Of a stretch of 64,000 nucleotides of DNA, positions 37,801 to 51,200 are shown piece after piece (the stretch's first letter is position 1; each line of letters starts with the position of its first letter). Source of the DNA: Antedon mediterranea (lineage: Eukaryota > Animalia > Echinodermata). The notes under the pieces were generated by a model, which did no database searches, was not told the origin of the DNA, and worked only from the letters and a program-made list of their open reading frames with translations. The stretch lies in NCBI RefSeq assembly GCF_964355755.1, contig NC_092672.1, positions 30,014,437 to 30,078,436 of the forward strand, written 5' to 3'. A program made the position numbers and the translations under genes.

Positions 37801-40171
37801 TCTCTGTATTTCTAAATAATATCTCGGCATCAAATTAATATTGAATCTCTGGCAGGTTTAAGTCATTAAATATCATTACATTTCCTATCCAAGATTTAGC
37901 AATATTACAAAGGTTGTTCTGCTTCAGTGGGCATCAGAAAGAGAATAGGTTATTAATTAGGTTAATCAATTAAAGTAATTGAAATAATGTCGGATATTTT
38001 TAATAGTTAAGAGTTTAATACACTGAACGTATCATTTTTATCTTATCAAGAAAGGCATACCAGGCCTAGTATCTAACCATCTATACATCTACAGTAATGT
38101 GTTTATTCAAGCTGGGGGTCAAAAGTCATCCTTAGTGGATGGATACTAAATAATCATGATTCCACTAGACTTTGGAATACAGTACCATAGAAATAAAAAT
38201 ATAGGCAGGTAGCTATAGTTTTTAATATAAACCTTTGAAACCCAACAAAATTTCATTTTAAAGGAATGTCCCTGACTCTATATTGCCCCCACAGGCAGAT
38301 GTGAAAAGTGAAGGGTGGTGTTAAAAAGAAAGTTGACTATGGTTGCAACCTAGTCAATAGAAAGTTGACTATGGTTGCAACCATCTCCATATATCAGGAC
38401 ATACAATGTGATACACAACTAATACATTTAAATTAAGCACTTTATGTTTAAGCTGAAGACAATATTCAGATTGTACTGTAGACATCATATGACTGCATCA
38501 TTTCCTAAAACAGCCATACCAATCTGACCTTCAGCAATATATAATACAACAACAATTGTCTGTGGCCTTTATTTCAAAACTTTTCTATTCATTAATCAAT
38601 ATATCATCACAAACAACATTTAGAAACCTGACATGTGTAGCCAATAAAATAAAACCATCACGCTCGTATTATAAACTAAATTTTCTCCTTTTTTATGATG
38701 AAATTGTTTTTACGAAATATATCAAAATGGCACAGCTAAACTTGAATCAATAGAACAAAGGCATTTTATAGCACTTATAACAATGTTTAGAAGACTGATC
38801 ATTTTGTGAAGGTATTTAAAAACGATTTAATAACGTTTGTTAAAATTGCATTTTCATTGCAGATTAATTTAAAAATAAAAACGCTATGGTAAGGAAAAAC
38901 CAGTAACGAACATAATTATTGTAACTATATTTGCACCAATTCTCATTGTAATTCTATTTAATATGAAATGTATAAAAAATTATGATGATGTCAACATATT
39001 TAAAAGTGTCCGTTAACTGAAAAACCGTCATACCACGATCTACAACATTTATAATTTATACTGAGATCACTTATGTATTTTAAAAATAGCAAAGGAGAGG
39101 TAAGTTAAATAACTTTTAATGTTTGTTGTCTTAATGCATTAACAAGAATATGTAGTTAAATACCATAGGCCTAAACTGAAACTGAAACTAAATGACCTCT
39201 TGAGTGTGGAACACAAACAATGGTGTAGTGGCCATTACTGCCCTAATTACGTTAGATACTGTATATAGTATTTCACTATTAAATCATGGTTTGGTAGGCT
39301 CTTCATTTTATTTGTATCGCAGATCTGTGCATTGGCCGGGTACAAGAACAAAATTCTAGTTTTAGAAGGGTTGCTTGTTTAAGTTGTTGTCCAGAGAGTC
39401 TGGTAGTGGTAAGCCCTACACCACTTGAGGACTATAATAAATAGGTCACAAAAAGAATAGATATTTTTTATGTTGTAATATTATTCCAGTCAGCATTTTG
39501 ATATTTGATCTGTAAACTATATAGTTACAGTACTGGTATATTATATGTTTATTTTGCCAACCTTTTATATCACAACACAAAATGTAAGATATACATTAGT
39601 GAAAAGATGAAAACTGTGAAGTACACATACCAACAATTTCAAACATATTTGCAAAAAGAATAATTGACTTGGTCTTTGATGTTCTGTCCTGCCATATCCC
39701 GAATATTGGAGCTGCAAACAGTCCAGAGAAACTGAAGGCAGACAAAACGATTCCAAGGAAATATTGCGGAGCTCCCAGATCCTCAAGGAATAGGTTCAGT
39801 GTTGGAATGATGACCGCTGGAAACAAGAAAAAAAAAGTGAAGGAGTGATTTTTTGGGACGGTCAGCCACATGCCATGCTATAAAAGTATAAGTTTTCTCC
39901 AAAATCATTGTTTTATTTCAGGTCATAAGTAACTCTAGGGCTCAAAGATTACCCAGTTTGTACAAACCAAGAACACATATGCCTGGCTAGGGCTAGGCCT
40001 AGAGCTAAGCCTACACAACACTGTATGTAATCCCACCCACACACAACCGGACCAAAGTCACTCCCTAGCCTAGGCCTAGTACCTACCGTATTCAATACCA
40101 CCAAATAAACAAAACAACCAAGTAGCTACAGTTGTCAGTTTCTTTTGTGTATCCAACTCAAAGCTCAACAT
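31802..40171 (-). CDS. MFSD8: MFSD8-like MFS transporter, copy C (11 exons, 586 aa; longest central loop, probably the ancestral-like copy)
   Basis: Exons (minus): 40087-40171, 39631-39816, 36644-36706, 35737-35936, 34739-35279, 34443-34516, 33700-33783, 33329-33461, 32840-32962, 32476-32606, 31802-31942. All GT-AG, total 1761 nt in frame; introns largely unalignable to A/B. Confidence 0.92.
33943..34291. mobile_element. TTAA-site non-autonomous DNA transposon (Kolobok-like), family 2
   Basis: ttaa|agatgtattgtcc ... ggacaatacatct|ttta; a diverged inverted relative lies at 59622-59956. Confidence 0.65.
37085..37715. mobile_element. Young TTAA-flanked non-autonomous DNA transposon (Kolobok-like), copy 1, in intron 2 of copy C
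   Basis: TTAA on both sides; imperfect TIRs agccccattccctac / gcagggaaggggtct; near-identical inverted copy at 58147-58772. Confidence 0.88.
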
Positions 40172-41116
40172 TTTAATATATGTGCTATTTTAAATCTTGC
40201 AACAGAATAAAATAATGAAAATACAATTTATAAACCATTATTTTTGCCAGCAAAAATCCATGGAAAATCGATCCATGTGTCAGCTCGGTTTGTTTTGATG
40301 GAGGTACATAAAATATACCAAATTGGTAGGTAGGGCAAGATTGTTTTTCACCATATAACGTCTGTAAAAGAAGAAAATTCGTATGTTTATCGTTAACTTA
40401 GGGGGCTCATATCATTATGGAATCCTGATTGGACGGTAGAGTTTTTAATTGATGAATAAATTACAATAAAATATGGAGTTTTCACTATTCAGTCTGCTAA
40501 AATATAAGTCGGCAAGTTCTGACTGTGAACTGATATTTTAATTTAGGACCTAGATTTTCATTAAGACCAGCTGCTTCTAGTCCGGGTCATAACAATGAAC
40601 GGTATTATATACATCACGTAAGGAAAAAATGTAGTAAAATCTGGAGACGTAAAACTTCTAGAATCTTTAGTGACTAGTATAGAAAGAATTGGCACAATCA
40701 AATATATTTCAGTAATTTTAAATTCATACAAAATACAAAATAACCAAAAAATAAGCGTATATAATTATGTTTATTCAAATTATAAGCAACCATTACTGGA
40801 TGGTCAGTACGTCATCTTTTCAGTATTGTACTATACATATAATAAAGAACAATTACATTGAATTATTGAAGAGACATTTTTTTTCGATCCAACAAATGTC
40901 AGAAATAGGCCTATGTGTGTAAAATCATCAAAATGAATGTTATTTTATAAAAATTTAAGTAATATTGTGTACACAATGTTTTGTCCTCTTCATCAATTCA
41001 ATTATACAAACAATAGAAACCGTTAAATTGAATTCACTTTTATTTATTTTAAATCAAATCATGAAATTCAAATATTTATTATAAAAATGCATTCTTTAAA
41101 TTTCAAATCCATAAAT

Positions 41117-41292
41117 CCGGTTTCCCTGTCGACGTTATTCGACGCCATCGTTAACAATAATCGGCAATCTTCTACGTACACATTGAAATTAACGATTTAC
41201 AGGAAAAGGTACTCGCTGTCGTTATTATTAACTTGATCATTTCCAAACAATCGTCGTTGAACAACGCCGATAGCGTCGACAGGAAAACAGGC
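41117..41292. mobile_element. ~180-bp MITE
   Basis: TIRs ccggtttccctgtcgacgttat / atagcgtcgacaggaaaacagg. Confidence 0.6.
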
Positions 41293-41574
41293 TTAAGAAG
41301 TAACCATTTAAAATATAGACGGCAGGTAAATGTGTTTCGCCCTCTTTTCAGTAATGCAATTATGACCAAATAAAGAACAATACATGCAGTAGTAATATTT
41401 AAAGTAAATGGAATAATATTTTGTATCGAGATATGAAACTTATATGAAATGAAACGAAGTGCACAGTAAAATATTAGTTAGAAGCAAAAAGTACAATGCA
41501 GTTATACATTAAGAATAAACAGGCATGCAATGGCAGCGTGGTCTCTCACCTTCTAACCTATTACCCACCCACCC

Positions 41575-41895
41575 GACTTACACCAAACTTATATACCTGG
41601 CCTACTTACATACCACCTTACACCAAACTTTGGGATACTTATATACCTTACACCAAACTTATATACACCTGGCCTACTTACATACCTTACACCACCAAAC
41701 TTTGGGATACTTATATACCTGGCCTACTTACATACCTTACACCATCAAACTTTGGGATACTTATATACCTTACACCAAACTTATATACACCTGGCCTACT
41801 TACATACCTTACACCACCAAACTTTGGGATACTTATATACCTTACACCAAACTATAAGTGGGTACTTATTTATCTTACACCAAACTTACATACCA
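41575..41895. repeat. Composite minisatellite (tacaccaaactt / atatacctggcctacttacatacc / tgggatact modules)
   Basis: Same three modules shuffled about 9 times; produces repetitive ORFs in two frames. Confidence 0.9.
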
Positions 41896-42359
41896 CTACG
41901 TACTAAGGGATGACCTAGTTAAGAGGGGATGCGAGGAATAGGGAAAGGTACATAGTTGCCATCACATGCCAGTCGACACAAATATAGAAGTAGAATAGAT
42001 TGAAATGATGTTTTTAGATTAGTTATAATTTATTATTACAGGTAGTTAGTATTATATAAACGAATAATAATGGTAACTTTATTTATTTTAAATTGAAATC
42101 AGATAATTAGTATTGTCAATATTTTATCATAGTTGCATAACTGAATTTAATTCGTCCAGTCCTTTCGTCGTCGTAATCGTCTTGCTCGTAGTTCCCACTT
42201 GGACACAATACAATGACGTAAGCCCACCGGAAGCAATTTGACCAATCATGACGCAATGGATTATTCGAACTGTTGCTTGTGATTGGTGAACTCACTTGCG
42301 TAACACCTATGTCGTTGCGTTGCGTCCGATTGGGAACCAAGTTTTAGAGTCCCTTCCTT

Positions 42360-42750
42360 CTACTGGAATACTGGTAGCAGCTGGTGAGATGTTCCGTAAC
42401 TCTTGCATGATGGTAGCAGCTGCCTAGTTCCACGTCGTCTGGTCCTGGTGGTTGTCTGGTTCCTGAACACTGCCGTAGTAGTAACCATACACACTCCTGC
42501 ATGTCCTGGTGGCTGTCTGGTCCTGGTGGCTGTCTGATTCCTGTCCGCCGCGCGCCGTAGTTGTAGCCATACACTCCTGCATGTTGTCTGGTCCTGCTGG
42601 CTGTCGGATTCCTGACCACCGCCGTAGTAGTAGCCATACACTCCTGCATGTTGTCTGGTCCTGCTGGCTGTCTGATTCCTGGCCACCGCCGAAGTAGTAG
42701 CCATACACGCACATGTTGTCTGGTCCTGGTGGCGGTCTGATTCCACGTCG
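42360..42750. repeat. GC-rich ~67-bp tandem repeat (4-5 units)
   Basis: gccatacactcctgcatgttgtctggtcctg.tggctgtc.gattcctg at 42566 and 42633 (period 67) and flanking variants. Confidence 0.88.
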
Positions 42751-44779
42751 TTATAGTGATAGCCATCAATCTATATGTTGTCTTGTAGAGTGTCCGGTGA
42801 CATCTTTGCTGTTTTCTCTTGTGTTCTAGATATCTGCTCGAACGTACGTACTTGTTTTGTTGTCTGGTTCGGACGTTATAGGTTCGGACGTTATAGGTTG
42901 GTGCCAGGTGGTGCACTTTGTGTTACTGGTGTACGTCCACAAACTTATGGAATTGATGGTATTGAACCTGAAACAAAATTTGATTACAATAAAAATGATA
43001 TTTTATTGGATGGACTAGTAATCTTTTTTTTTTTGTTGCTTTGGACTATTGGAATGAGTGAGGGGAGGATTATAAAAGCAACATACGACCTCCTAGATAT
43101 CCCGCTTCAAGACGCAACATTAGAGCCTAAAATATCAAGTCCTCATTGCGAATTATACTCTATAATTCACCTACTTAATTTGATTGGATTTATTTGTGTT
43201 GTCATTGGGGGCAGTATCCGTTTGTCTTCTCTCTCTGTACCATTTCGTTATCTACCGCAACGTTTAGCAAAGTTTCGCAAATTTCAATCTGGAAAAATAA
43301 AATTCAATAAAATGTTTGGTGTTGGTCCTACCATAACGAATGTAATAAAATGCATAATAGGGATGAGATAGATTGCTCTATACAGACATTTATCTGGTAA
43401 CAAAATTTAACAAATATTGCTTTTTTCCCTGTAAAGGTTCGCTGTTGTCTACCAATGACCGGTCTAAATTATAAAGTCCCGCAATACGAAACCTGAACTA
43501 TAAGCTAGGCTATATCACCTAGTTAGTTTATCCAAGGCAATCTAATAGAAATTCTGAGCTCCGGAGATCAAATGGTTTATGACCAGTTCCCTCAACATAA
43601 TGTGTAGTACAGTTCTGTTGGTATTTGTCACAGTCAGACAGATCAAAGGACTGTTACTAGTTCCTGTGTTGGTAAGGCAAACTCAGTGTCCTGTTGCTAG
43701 ACTGCCTTGGTTCATCATGGTTCGTAATTGGAGGCATTATCATGTCCTCTATGCAGTCAACACGGAGCAACATTGAACAAAATCGGCAGCACAAATTTGA
43801 ATCTGTAAAATAAAATTTTTTTTTTTTTCATAATGCAACAAACATTTTATTCGGTAACAATGTATTTGAGTTAGTGTATCTAATTGTCGTTTTTACCTAT
43901 ATACAGAAAGCCGGTGTCCTCTTATAATTTACAAATGGTAATTCCGCAGGAATGATGCTATCAGGTAGTGATGTCGATGTGATGATGTTCAAGAGTTTGC
44001 AGATACGGTAGATCTTGATCTCGGAGAAGATACAAATAAAAAATGGTTACCAGTATGACAACAAATGATTTAAGGGCAGATATGGAATTTCGTACGATTT
44101 ACTGGATATGGGATATAAGAGGGTGGTTGCAATCCAGTCGAGTGACAGGTGGGGAAACGCCAAAGCTCTTCTCGACCATATGTCTGGCTGCGCTCGTGTA
44201 CACTTTAAATAACGCTGCATTAAGAGTATAGATGGTGTACTGGGCCATCTAAGCTCTCGCTGTGGAAAGAGAAAATCTTGAAGATCATTAGGGCAGATGA
44301 AACTAGTAGCACGTGACGTTCACACTTTGCCCAATCAGCACATGTTATTCATCTAACTTTACATTTACATCCGTGGTATCATAATTGTAATAGAGGCATA
44401 CTTACCTTGTATGTGATGTTACATCGGTATCTCACCGTGTGCCTTACAATCTAAATTTGCTTTGCTAAAATCGGATCACCACTTTGTCGAAACCACATCA
44501 GGTGATCTCTCAGTACAAGAATATGGCCATACTCAATCTATGAGAAAAATAATACAATTCAATAAATGCACAAGGTTCAGTGAGGATATGATCAATATAT
44601 TATACCTAAAACTAGCCAACTAACTTGTAGATAGACAATGCAAATATTGCTAGTTCTTTTAGTTCTTTAATGTGGTAGCAGCCAATTGGTACTTCACGCG
44701 GTATAGAGATTAAACTTAGATTAATACAATTATTTCTAATAATAATAATAACTATTCATTGTTATTCTTACTTTTGTTT

Positions 44780-44782
<3 letters not shown>

Positions 44783-44837
<55 letters not shown>

Positions 44838-44848
44838 TTTTTTTATTT
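44783..44848. repeat. (TA)n microsatellite followed by poly-T
   Basis: Directly visible. Confidence 0.95.
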
Positions 44849-47049
44849 TATCAACGTTACTGTTCTTGGAATCAGAGCATTATTTCTTTTCTGTTATCCA
44901 CCTTTTTTCATAATTTTCTAGTATTTTTTTTGTTCTATAATTCTCAACATCTAAAATTGTGAACACTTAACTAATAAATGTACTGTACTGTACTGCTGGT
45001 GTGAAACTTTACTAATCTATTAATATAGTTTCTGTAGGCATTTTACAGTAACCGTATCGGCGTGTATTAGACGTTCTACTTTTGTTCCTAGTTTTTTTAT
45101 TTACAACATACGATACTGGTGTGAACACGTTGATACAATAGTCACAAATCTATTTAAAAATTATTTCTAGACTTTTATGATTTAGTATTCTCTTACAGTT
45201 AGCAGTTAAATATCGCGTGCATTCGTCTGAAGACGGGCTTTCATATACAATATCGATTCGTCATGCGCAGCTCACGAGCAAAGTTGACATGTGAACATGA
45301 ATTGAAAAACAATCATATTTAATTGCCGACTTCCGTCTCCCTCCGAGTTTAATTCAATTATGCAAAATGTGAAAAAAATGAACGCGCGTTTGCTGTCTTC
45401 CGAACCTGAAAACAAAACAGAAAATTTAGTTTCTGATGAGTGTTATGGTAGGCCTACCGGTGTTTATGAAATGTTAAATTAAAATACGTTATTGGAAATA
45501 AACCTCAGAGGGTACGGAAGCCATCCAACTAAATACTACTTTCGTGTCAAAACACGCGCCGTTTTTTTGTGCGCCATATATTCACGCGGATACTTATATT
45601 TACAGTATCGTTTACTTATATTTACAGTATCATATCCGTAACACCCTAAGTACATTCTTTACCGGTATTTGTAAAATAATGATTTATCTTTGAATTAAAC
45701 AAGGTACAGGGGTTTAGCCATGCATTACCACAGACATAAATTAGAACAATTTTACCGTTTGTACGTAAGGTATGTACGTACGATTACATTGCATTTAAAT
45801 TCATGTATTTGCAGTACCCTAATATTTATACTTATTATTTAAACAACAACTATGTTTTTCTAGAGAGGTGACAATCCATTTCAAAGGAACAAACACAAGA
45901 TGATCTGCACAAATTAAGTGGAGTGAGGGCAACAGGTCGTGAACAAATCAAGACATTAATTGACTGGATTTAATCCCACTGTACAAACCACCAAGCTACA
46001 AATTCACTACTCCATAAGGATAACCGGTACTGCGGAAAATAAAAACAGAAAATTTTAATTCATTACTAAAATAAGAGCCAGAGGAGCAAGTTCATACACG
46101 GAGTTTTCAGTTAGGCTCTGTCTACACTATTTATGTGACAAAAGTTGTGATTTGCCCACATGGACACAATGACATCACTACCATATTTGTACATCACACT
46201 GAAATTGTAGACAGAGCTTTAGGACCTACTCTAAAATCGTACTGCACAGTTCGTATTCATTGCGAGTAGGCATACAATTAAACATGCGTTAAAACTGGAG
46301 ACAATTATATAATAATCCTATTAGGCCTAATAATTAATAAAAAGAGGAGAGACAACTGTATTTTAGTATAATAGATAGGACTAACGTTAGAATACAATTA
46401 CCAGTACCGTACCGTAATACTGTACTGCAAAGAACATATGTTTTATAAATTATTACCCCCTCCCTTCGCATATGGAAGGTTATATTTTTGTTTAAGATAT
46501 CTGTGCGTGTGCTAAAAGATGGATTTTTACCAAATTTAAACCACATAGATGTGTTGACGGACGACTCCATTAAATATGGAAGCAATCCGGACTAGGATCC
46601 CAATTCTGGACCACTCTTATTATTTACTAGCTTTAGGCCATACGTCAAAACTACAAGACGGATAGTTTTAGATTCTTAGTATTTGCCACCTTATGAAGTA
46701 TTTTCCAATGATATTAATTTTGTATGTATTTTATAAATTCAAAAGCAAATCACTGGAAAAATAACAATACTATGGTATCAATGTCTGGATCTAAATAATA
46801 TAGAAATACAAATAAAATATGCGAAAAGCTAAATGAAAATGTTAAAAAAATAAATTGCAGAGTAGAGAATTCCTTGGTGCAGAGAGTGTAAAAGTTATTT
46901 AGAATATAAGCAGCCTGAGAATAAATTGGAATAAAACATAGTATAATAGAGGATGCACAGGCTTGGTGGAGAGTTTTTGATAGAAAACCAAAAACAGTTG
47001 GCATAGGCCTAGAGACGATCAATTTTGGGGTCAAATTTAGAAGAATATC

Positions 47050-48470
47050 AAACATGGAATAAATTTACCGATTTGGAAGTATGTTTCTAATGTTAAAAGG
47101 AACGAGTTCTCCATCAACATAAGGACATTGTTCATCAGTAAGTCTAAAATGTTTTAGGATTTCTTACACAAAAAAGTAATTTCTATTGGTTTTCTTTGTC
47201 TTTGCAAATTTTGTCGCTCCATTCGACATCTATTAAAACTATGAAATTTGCATCAAAGTGACTAGCTGAGTTAGCATTTTGGGCAGCAGGTTGATCAAGC
47301 ATCAATTATTTAATTGCTGATTGTTATGTTTCCAATCATTCTAATAGGGAGTGTTTTTTTGGTTTCTCCGATGTACTGTTTACCATAAATATTACTGTAT
47401 ACGAGATAAACAACTTTAACTATAAACATGTGGCCAATTTGTTAACTTTTTTTTTTTAGTAGAGTCGACTAATGAACACGTTTTGCAAGATTTACCAAAC
47501 GAGTTACAGGCCAAATGAATGTTGGATGTCATTAAAGTCAGTAAATCTAGGAAGTTCAACAATGGGTAGTCCTTGAGATGTCCAGTGGATGGTAGAATGG
47601 GCATGTGTTTTTCTGTTATAGCATCTAATGGAGCCAACCTAAAGTGATATATTGTGACCAATGGCAATCAATTTGGCTGACGTGGTTTGTCAGAACAAGA
47701 AGATTTTATAAAACCTTCTTTGAGTTTAAAAGCGATGAATAATATATGCTTTCTTTTTATCAGTTTGGATGTATTCTCGCCCGTAATTTTCTTAGAGTTG
47801 TCCGGTTAGTTCTTCTGTGCGACTCTAAAAATCTAAATTTGAAGAACAACGTCTGATACTAAATGTGGGGATGGCAGTTATGTTTATCCGTGGGTTTACG
47901 GAATATGTCAGTTTCAAGTATACCATTTTCCATGATCACTTTAATGTACAAATTTAAAATATGATTTAGTCAGAACTGTGTTATGTAAATTTTAAATTTA
48001 GTTAATTTTGCGGATAAAGTCCGTATAGTCCTGAATATATGAGAGGAGATCACATATGGTTTAAGTAATAATCCAAATTATTAGGTTTTGTAGCAGTGCC
48101 GATGCCCGAAATTGATGGGTCAACCAGAATTGCCTGCTTTGTGGATTTACATATAATAATCTATGAACATTAAAACCTGCCTAGAACTGGATCACCGGTG
48201 ACTGGATTGTGTCAAATGAGGTCAAATCTTTAGATCGATATTGTTTTTCACCATTTTTATTCGCAATTTCCGGAGTCGGATCGGTTTACGATAAGGAAAA
48301 CGTTTAGTTGTCTTAGGGACTCCTCTTCATAAAATTTGATGTCCATGGCGGCAACAGCAGAACCCTTATTTAGCTCTATTTTTAGAGATTGTCGCATTGA
48401 TCTGGACAAGGAACGAATTGTACGTTCTCAATAGCCTGAATTATGTTTTTGTGCATCTATAATAGCCTGA
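47050..48470 (-). mobile_element. Decayed, internally deleted Penelope-like retroelement (RT plus GIY-YIG endonuclease fragments)
   Basis: Minus-strand fragments in the expected order: NKGSAVAAMD (about 48345-48370), IHKAGNSG*PI/ISGIGTAT (about 48090-48147), IKVIMENGILETDIFRKPTDKH (47881-47945), LVY..GKQYIGETKKTL..RM (47335-47405). An extra RT-like piece GELVPFNIRNILPN lies at about 47070-47115. Confidence 0.8.
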
Positions 48471-49124
48471 ATAAATGCATTTAAATATTATTTGTTTGCA
48501 CGATAACGTTTACAATTTTCAAGTTATCGGAGGAAAAAAAATGTTGGTGACCCGAGTTATCTGTCTTTAATATGGGCGAAAATATAAAATAGGAGGCCCC
48601 TCTACAAGTCTCTTGGTAACATTTGGTAAGAGAGATCCAGTTCTGCAAAAAAACAAGATGTGATTATAAAGGAAAAGGGTTGTTTCATTACTCTAAAACC
48701 AGACGGTCGTCAATTTTAGTAGACGTAATAATGAAGAATGCCAAGTTTCCAAAATGGTACGTTTACAGAAATGCACAGTTCAATTCTGAAAAAAATAAAA
48801 AATAAAATAATGTTTTCAACAAAGTCAATAGTTTTATTTTATTTTTTTAATTTATTATTTTCTATTTCTATACGGCCGAATTGGGAAGACTTATCTTAAT
48901 ATGGAAAATATTTTGCCATTTTACGCGCATAATTACAATAACACTTTTTTTACATAAAAGCAAATGATAAATAAATATCTGAAAGACAAAAAAGAAAGGG
49001 TTAATCTTCTAACTCTGAAAAGATAAAAATACATTCATTACCCTGAAAAAGAAAGTATTTTGTTAGAGCATATAATTATTTTTGGGTGGAGTTCATTTTT
49101 CGGGTGGTTATTGATGAAACTGCA

Positions 49125-49430
49125 CAAATGTCTCCGAATAGACGATGTCTCTTTCGAGACAACGTCTCTTCAGAGACATACTGACCACTACATCCTATCA
49201 GAATGAGAAGATCTAGATACTAGAAGGAAAACGACAACAAAACTGCCCACATACAAATGTCTCCGAAGAGACGATGTCTCTTTGAAATATCATCTCTTCA
49301 GAGCCATTATAATGATCACGAAATCTAATCAGAATTGATTATAATATGAGACAAACAGCAACAACTTCACACATACAATCTGTTTCCAAAGAGACGATGT
49401 CTCTTCCGAGACATTGTCTCTTCAGAACAT
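49125..49430. repeat. Three ~127-bp tandem units with internal GAGAC/GTCTC palindromes
   Basis: tgtctccgaa.agacgatgtctctt..gagac...gtctcttcaga at about 49128, 49257 and 49381. Confidence 0.75.
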
Positions 49431-50011
49431 AGTATCAACGAACTGTTCTCGGTCTCTTTGAAACCGAAAACAGTAAGCAGATACTGTACACTACATCTGA
49501 CCAACATAACTGCATTCTAAGGTATTTCGTGGTAGTGACGTGACGTTGATGATGTGTCTGGTTGTGGCAATCACCCGAGTACTGAATGATATCAATGCCA
49601 CGGGTTTTTTTTACATGGTACGTCTGTATAAAGTGACAGACAGATAAACCAGTTAGTTGATACTTTCCACTACATCAGATCAACATAACTGTACTCTTAT
49701 GCAACCTACTCTAACCGCGTCCTAAATCCTGACTACGCGATCCTACGACTTACTTTGTTTTTGCCTCTTGAGTCTTGACGTGTTAGTATATTTACCTACC
49801 TTGGACTGATCATATCCATTTGGACTGGCCGATACGCTCAAACAAATTCTACGCATCAACGCTAATCGCGCCACCACAATTAACGAAAACTCGTAGAAAA
49901 ATGTTCATGCGCACCAACCATAATAAAACCAGTGCGCATCAGGATACTTAAGTTGCACACTGGCGGTTGTATCATGCATACCTAAGTGTTAAAACAATAC
50001 TAAAAATAACG

Positions 50012-50250
50012 ATCTAAACTAACTTACAATTGTATTTATACAATAATTACGCCATATTATATTTGTATAATGACGACGTTATGATGACGTAAGGCCAACT
50101 TAAGTACTATTCACGTGATATGATGATGTTCTAAACGAACTTACAGTTGTGTTTTTATACAATAATTACGCCATATTATATTTGTATAATGACGACGTTG
50201 TGATGACGTAAGGCCAACTTAAGTACTATTCACGTGATATGATGATGTTC
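50012..50250. repeat. Near-perfect ~120-bp direct tandem duplication
   Basis: aacttaca.ttgt.ttt.atacaataattacgccatattatatttgtataatgacgacgtt.tgatgacgtaaggccaacttaagtactattcacgtgatatgatgatgttc occurs twice. Confidence 0.9.
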
Positions 50251-50787
50251 GTAAAGATATACTGTATTCTTGTGACGTGATGATGTTCTTACTACTAGTA
50301 CTACTGTTCACACGGTGGTACGATGATCTGTAAAAAATTAGTTAGTATGGAGAAAAAACACATAATATATACAGTACGTTCGAAAAATTACAATCGTATT
50401 GTACAGCTCCAATAGTATCTTAACTACATCTTACATGTTCTTATTTACAGACTTAATTAATGACCAAAAATGTGGTCGCAAACGGAGCTGTACTGATTAC
50501 GTAATAATCATCACGTGATATTAACTCATCCTCGTTCCAGAAGATTGCAATATAATTAAATACCTAAAATAGCATAGAAATTGTATAAACACAATAAAAA
50601 CTATTAATGCATGACACAACCTAATATAATTGGGATAATTATATAAACTGAAAGAAAATGGCGTTGACATATTTAAGGCTGCCCCTGTTATTAGTATGTT
50701 AATAATTTGAACCAAAAAATAAATATATAATTCTATATCATTTTTTTGGTTCCATGTTAGCTCTTACTATGTTTGATGACAACGGTA

Positions 50788-51200
50788 CATCCAAAATCTT
50801 GATATCAAAAATATATATCCAAGGCAAAAATCTTGCTATCAAAAATAATATATCCAAGGCAAAAATCTTGATATCAAAAATAATATTATATCCAAGGCAA
50901 AAATCTTGATGTAGAAAAATCCAAAACAAAAATGTTGATAAAAAAATATCCTAGTCAAAAATCTTGATATTCAAATCAAAATCATGATATAAATTAAAAT
51001 CCACAAACCATGATATCATAAATTAAAATCCACAAATCATGATATAAATTAAAATCCAAAAATCTTGATATAATTTGAAATCCACAAATCGTGACAATAT
51101 AAATTAATTATCAAAAGATCATTTTATAAATTAATTTGTATAAATAAATTAATTTGAAAATCTTTGATATACGATATACAAGAATCCACAAATCTTGATG
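50788..51200. repeat. AT-rich minisatellite (atcc...aaaatcttgatat)
   Basis: More than 10 degenerate 25-35 bp units. Confidence 0.8.

Noticed and set aside
41496-41906. Tyr/Thr/Pro-rich repetitive ORFs (adhesive- or mucin-like appearance)
   Set aside because: Repeat modules shift frame, two frames give different repeats, and there is no signal peptide or splice support.
42344-42916. Overlapping 96-190 aa ORFs with GYYYGGG repeats
   Set aside because: The repeat period is 67 nt (not a multiple of 3), so the peptide rotates through frames; not called as CDS.
42775-43371. 198-aa + strand ORF with hydrophobic stretches
   Set aside because: No recognisable motif; the hydrophobicity derives from T-rich sequence; no exon support.
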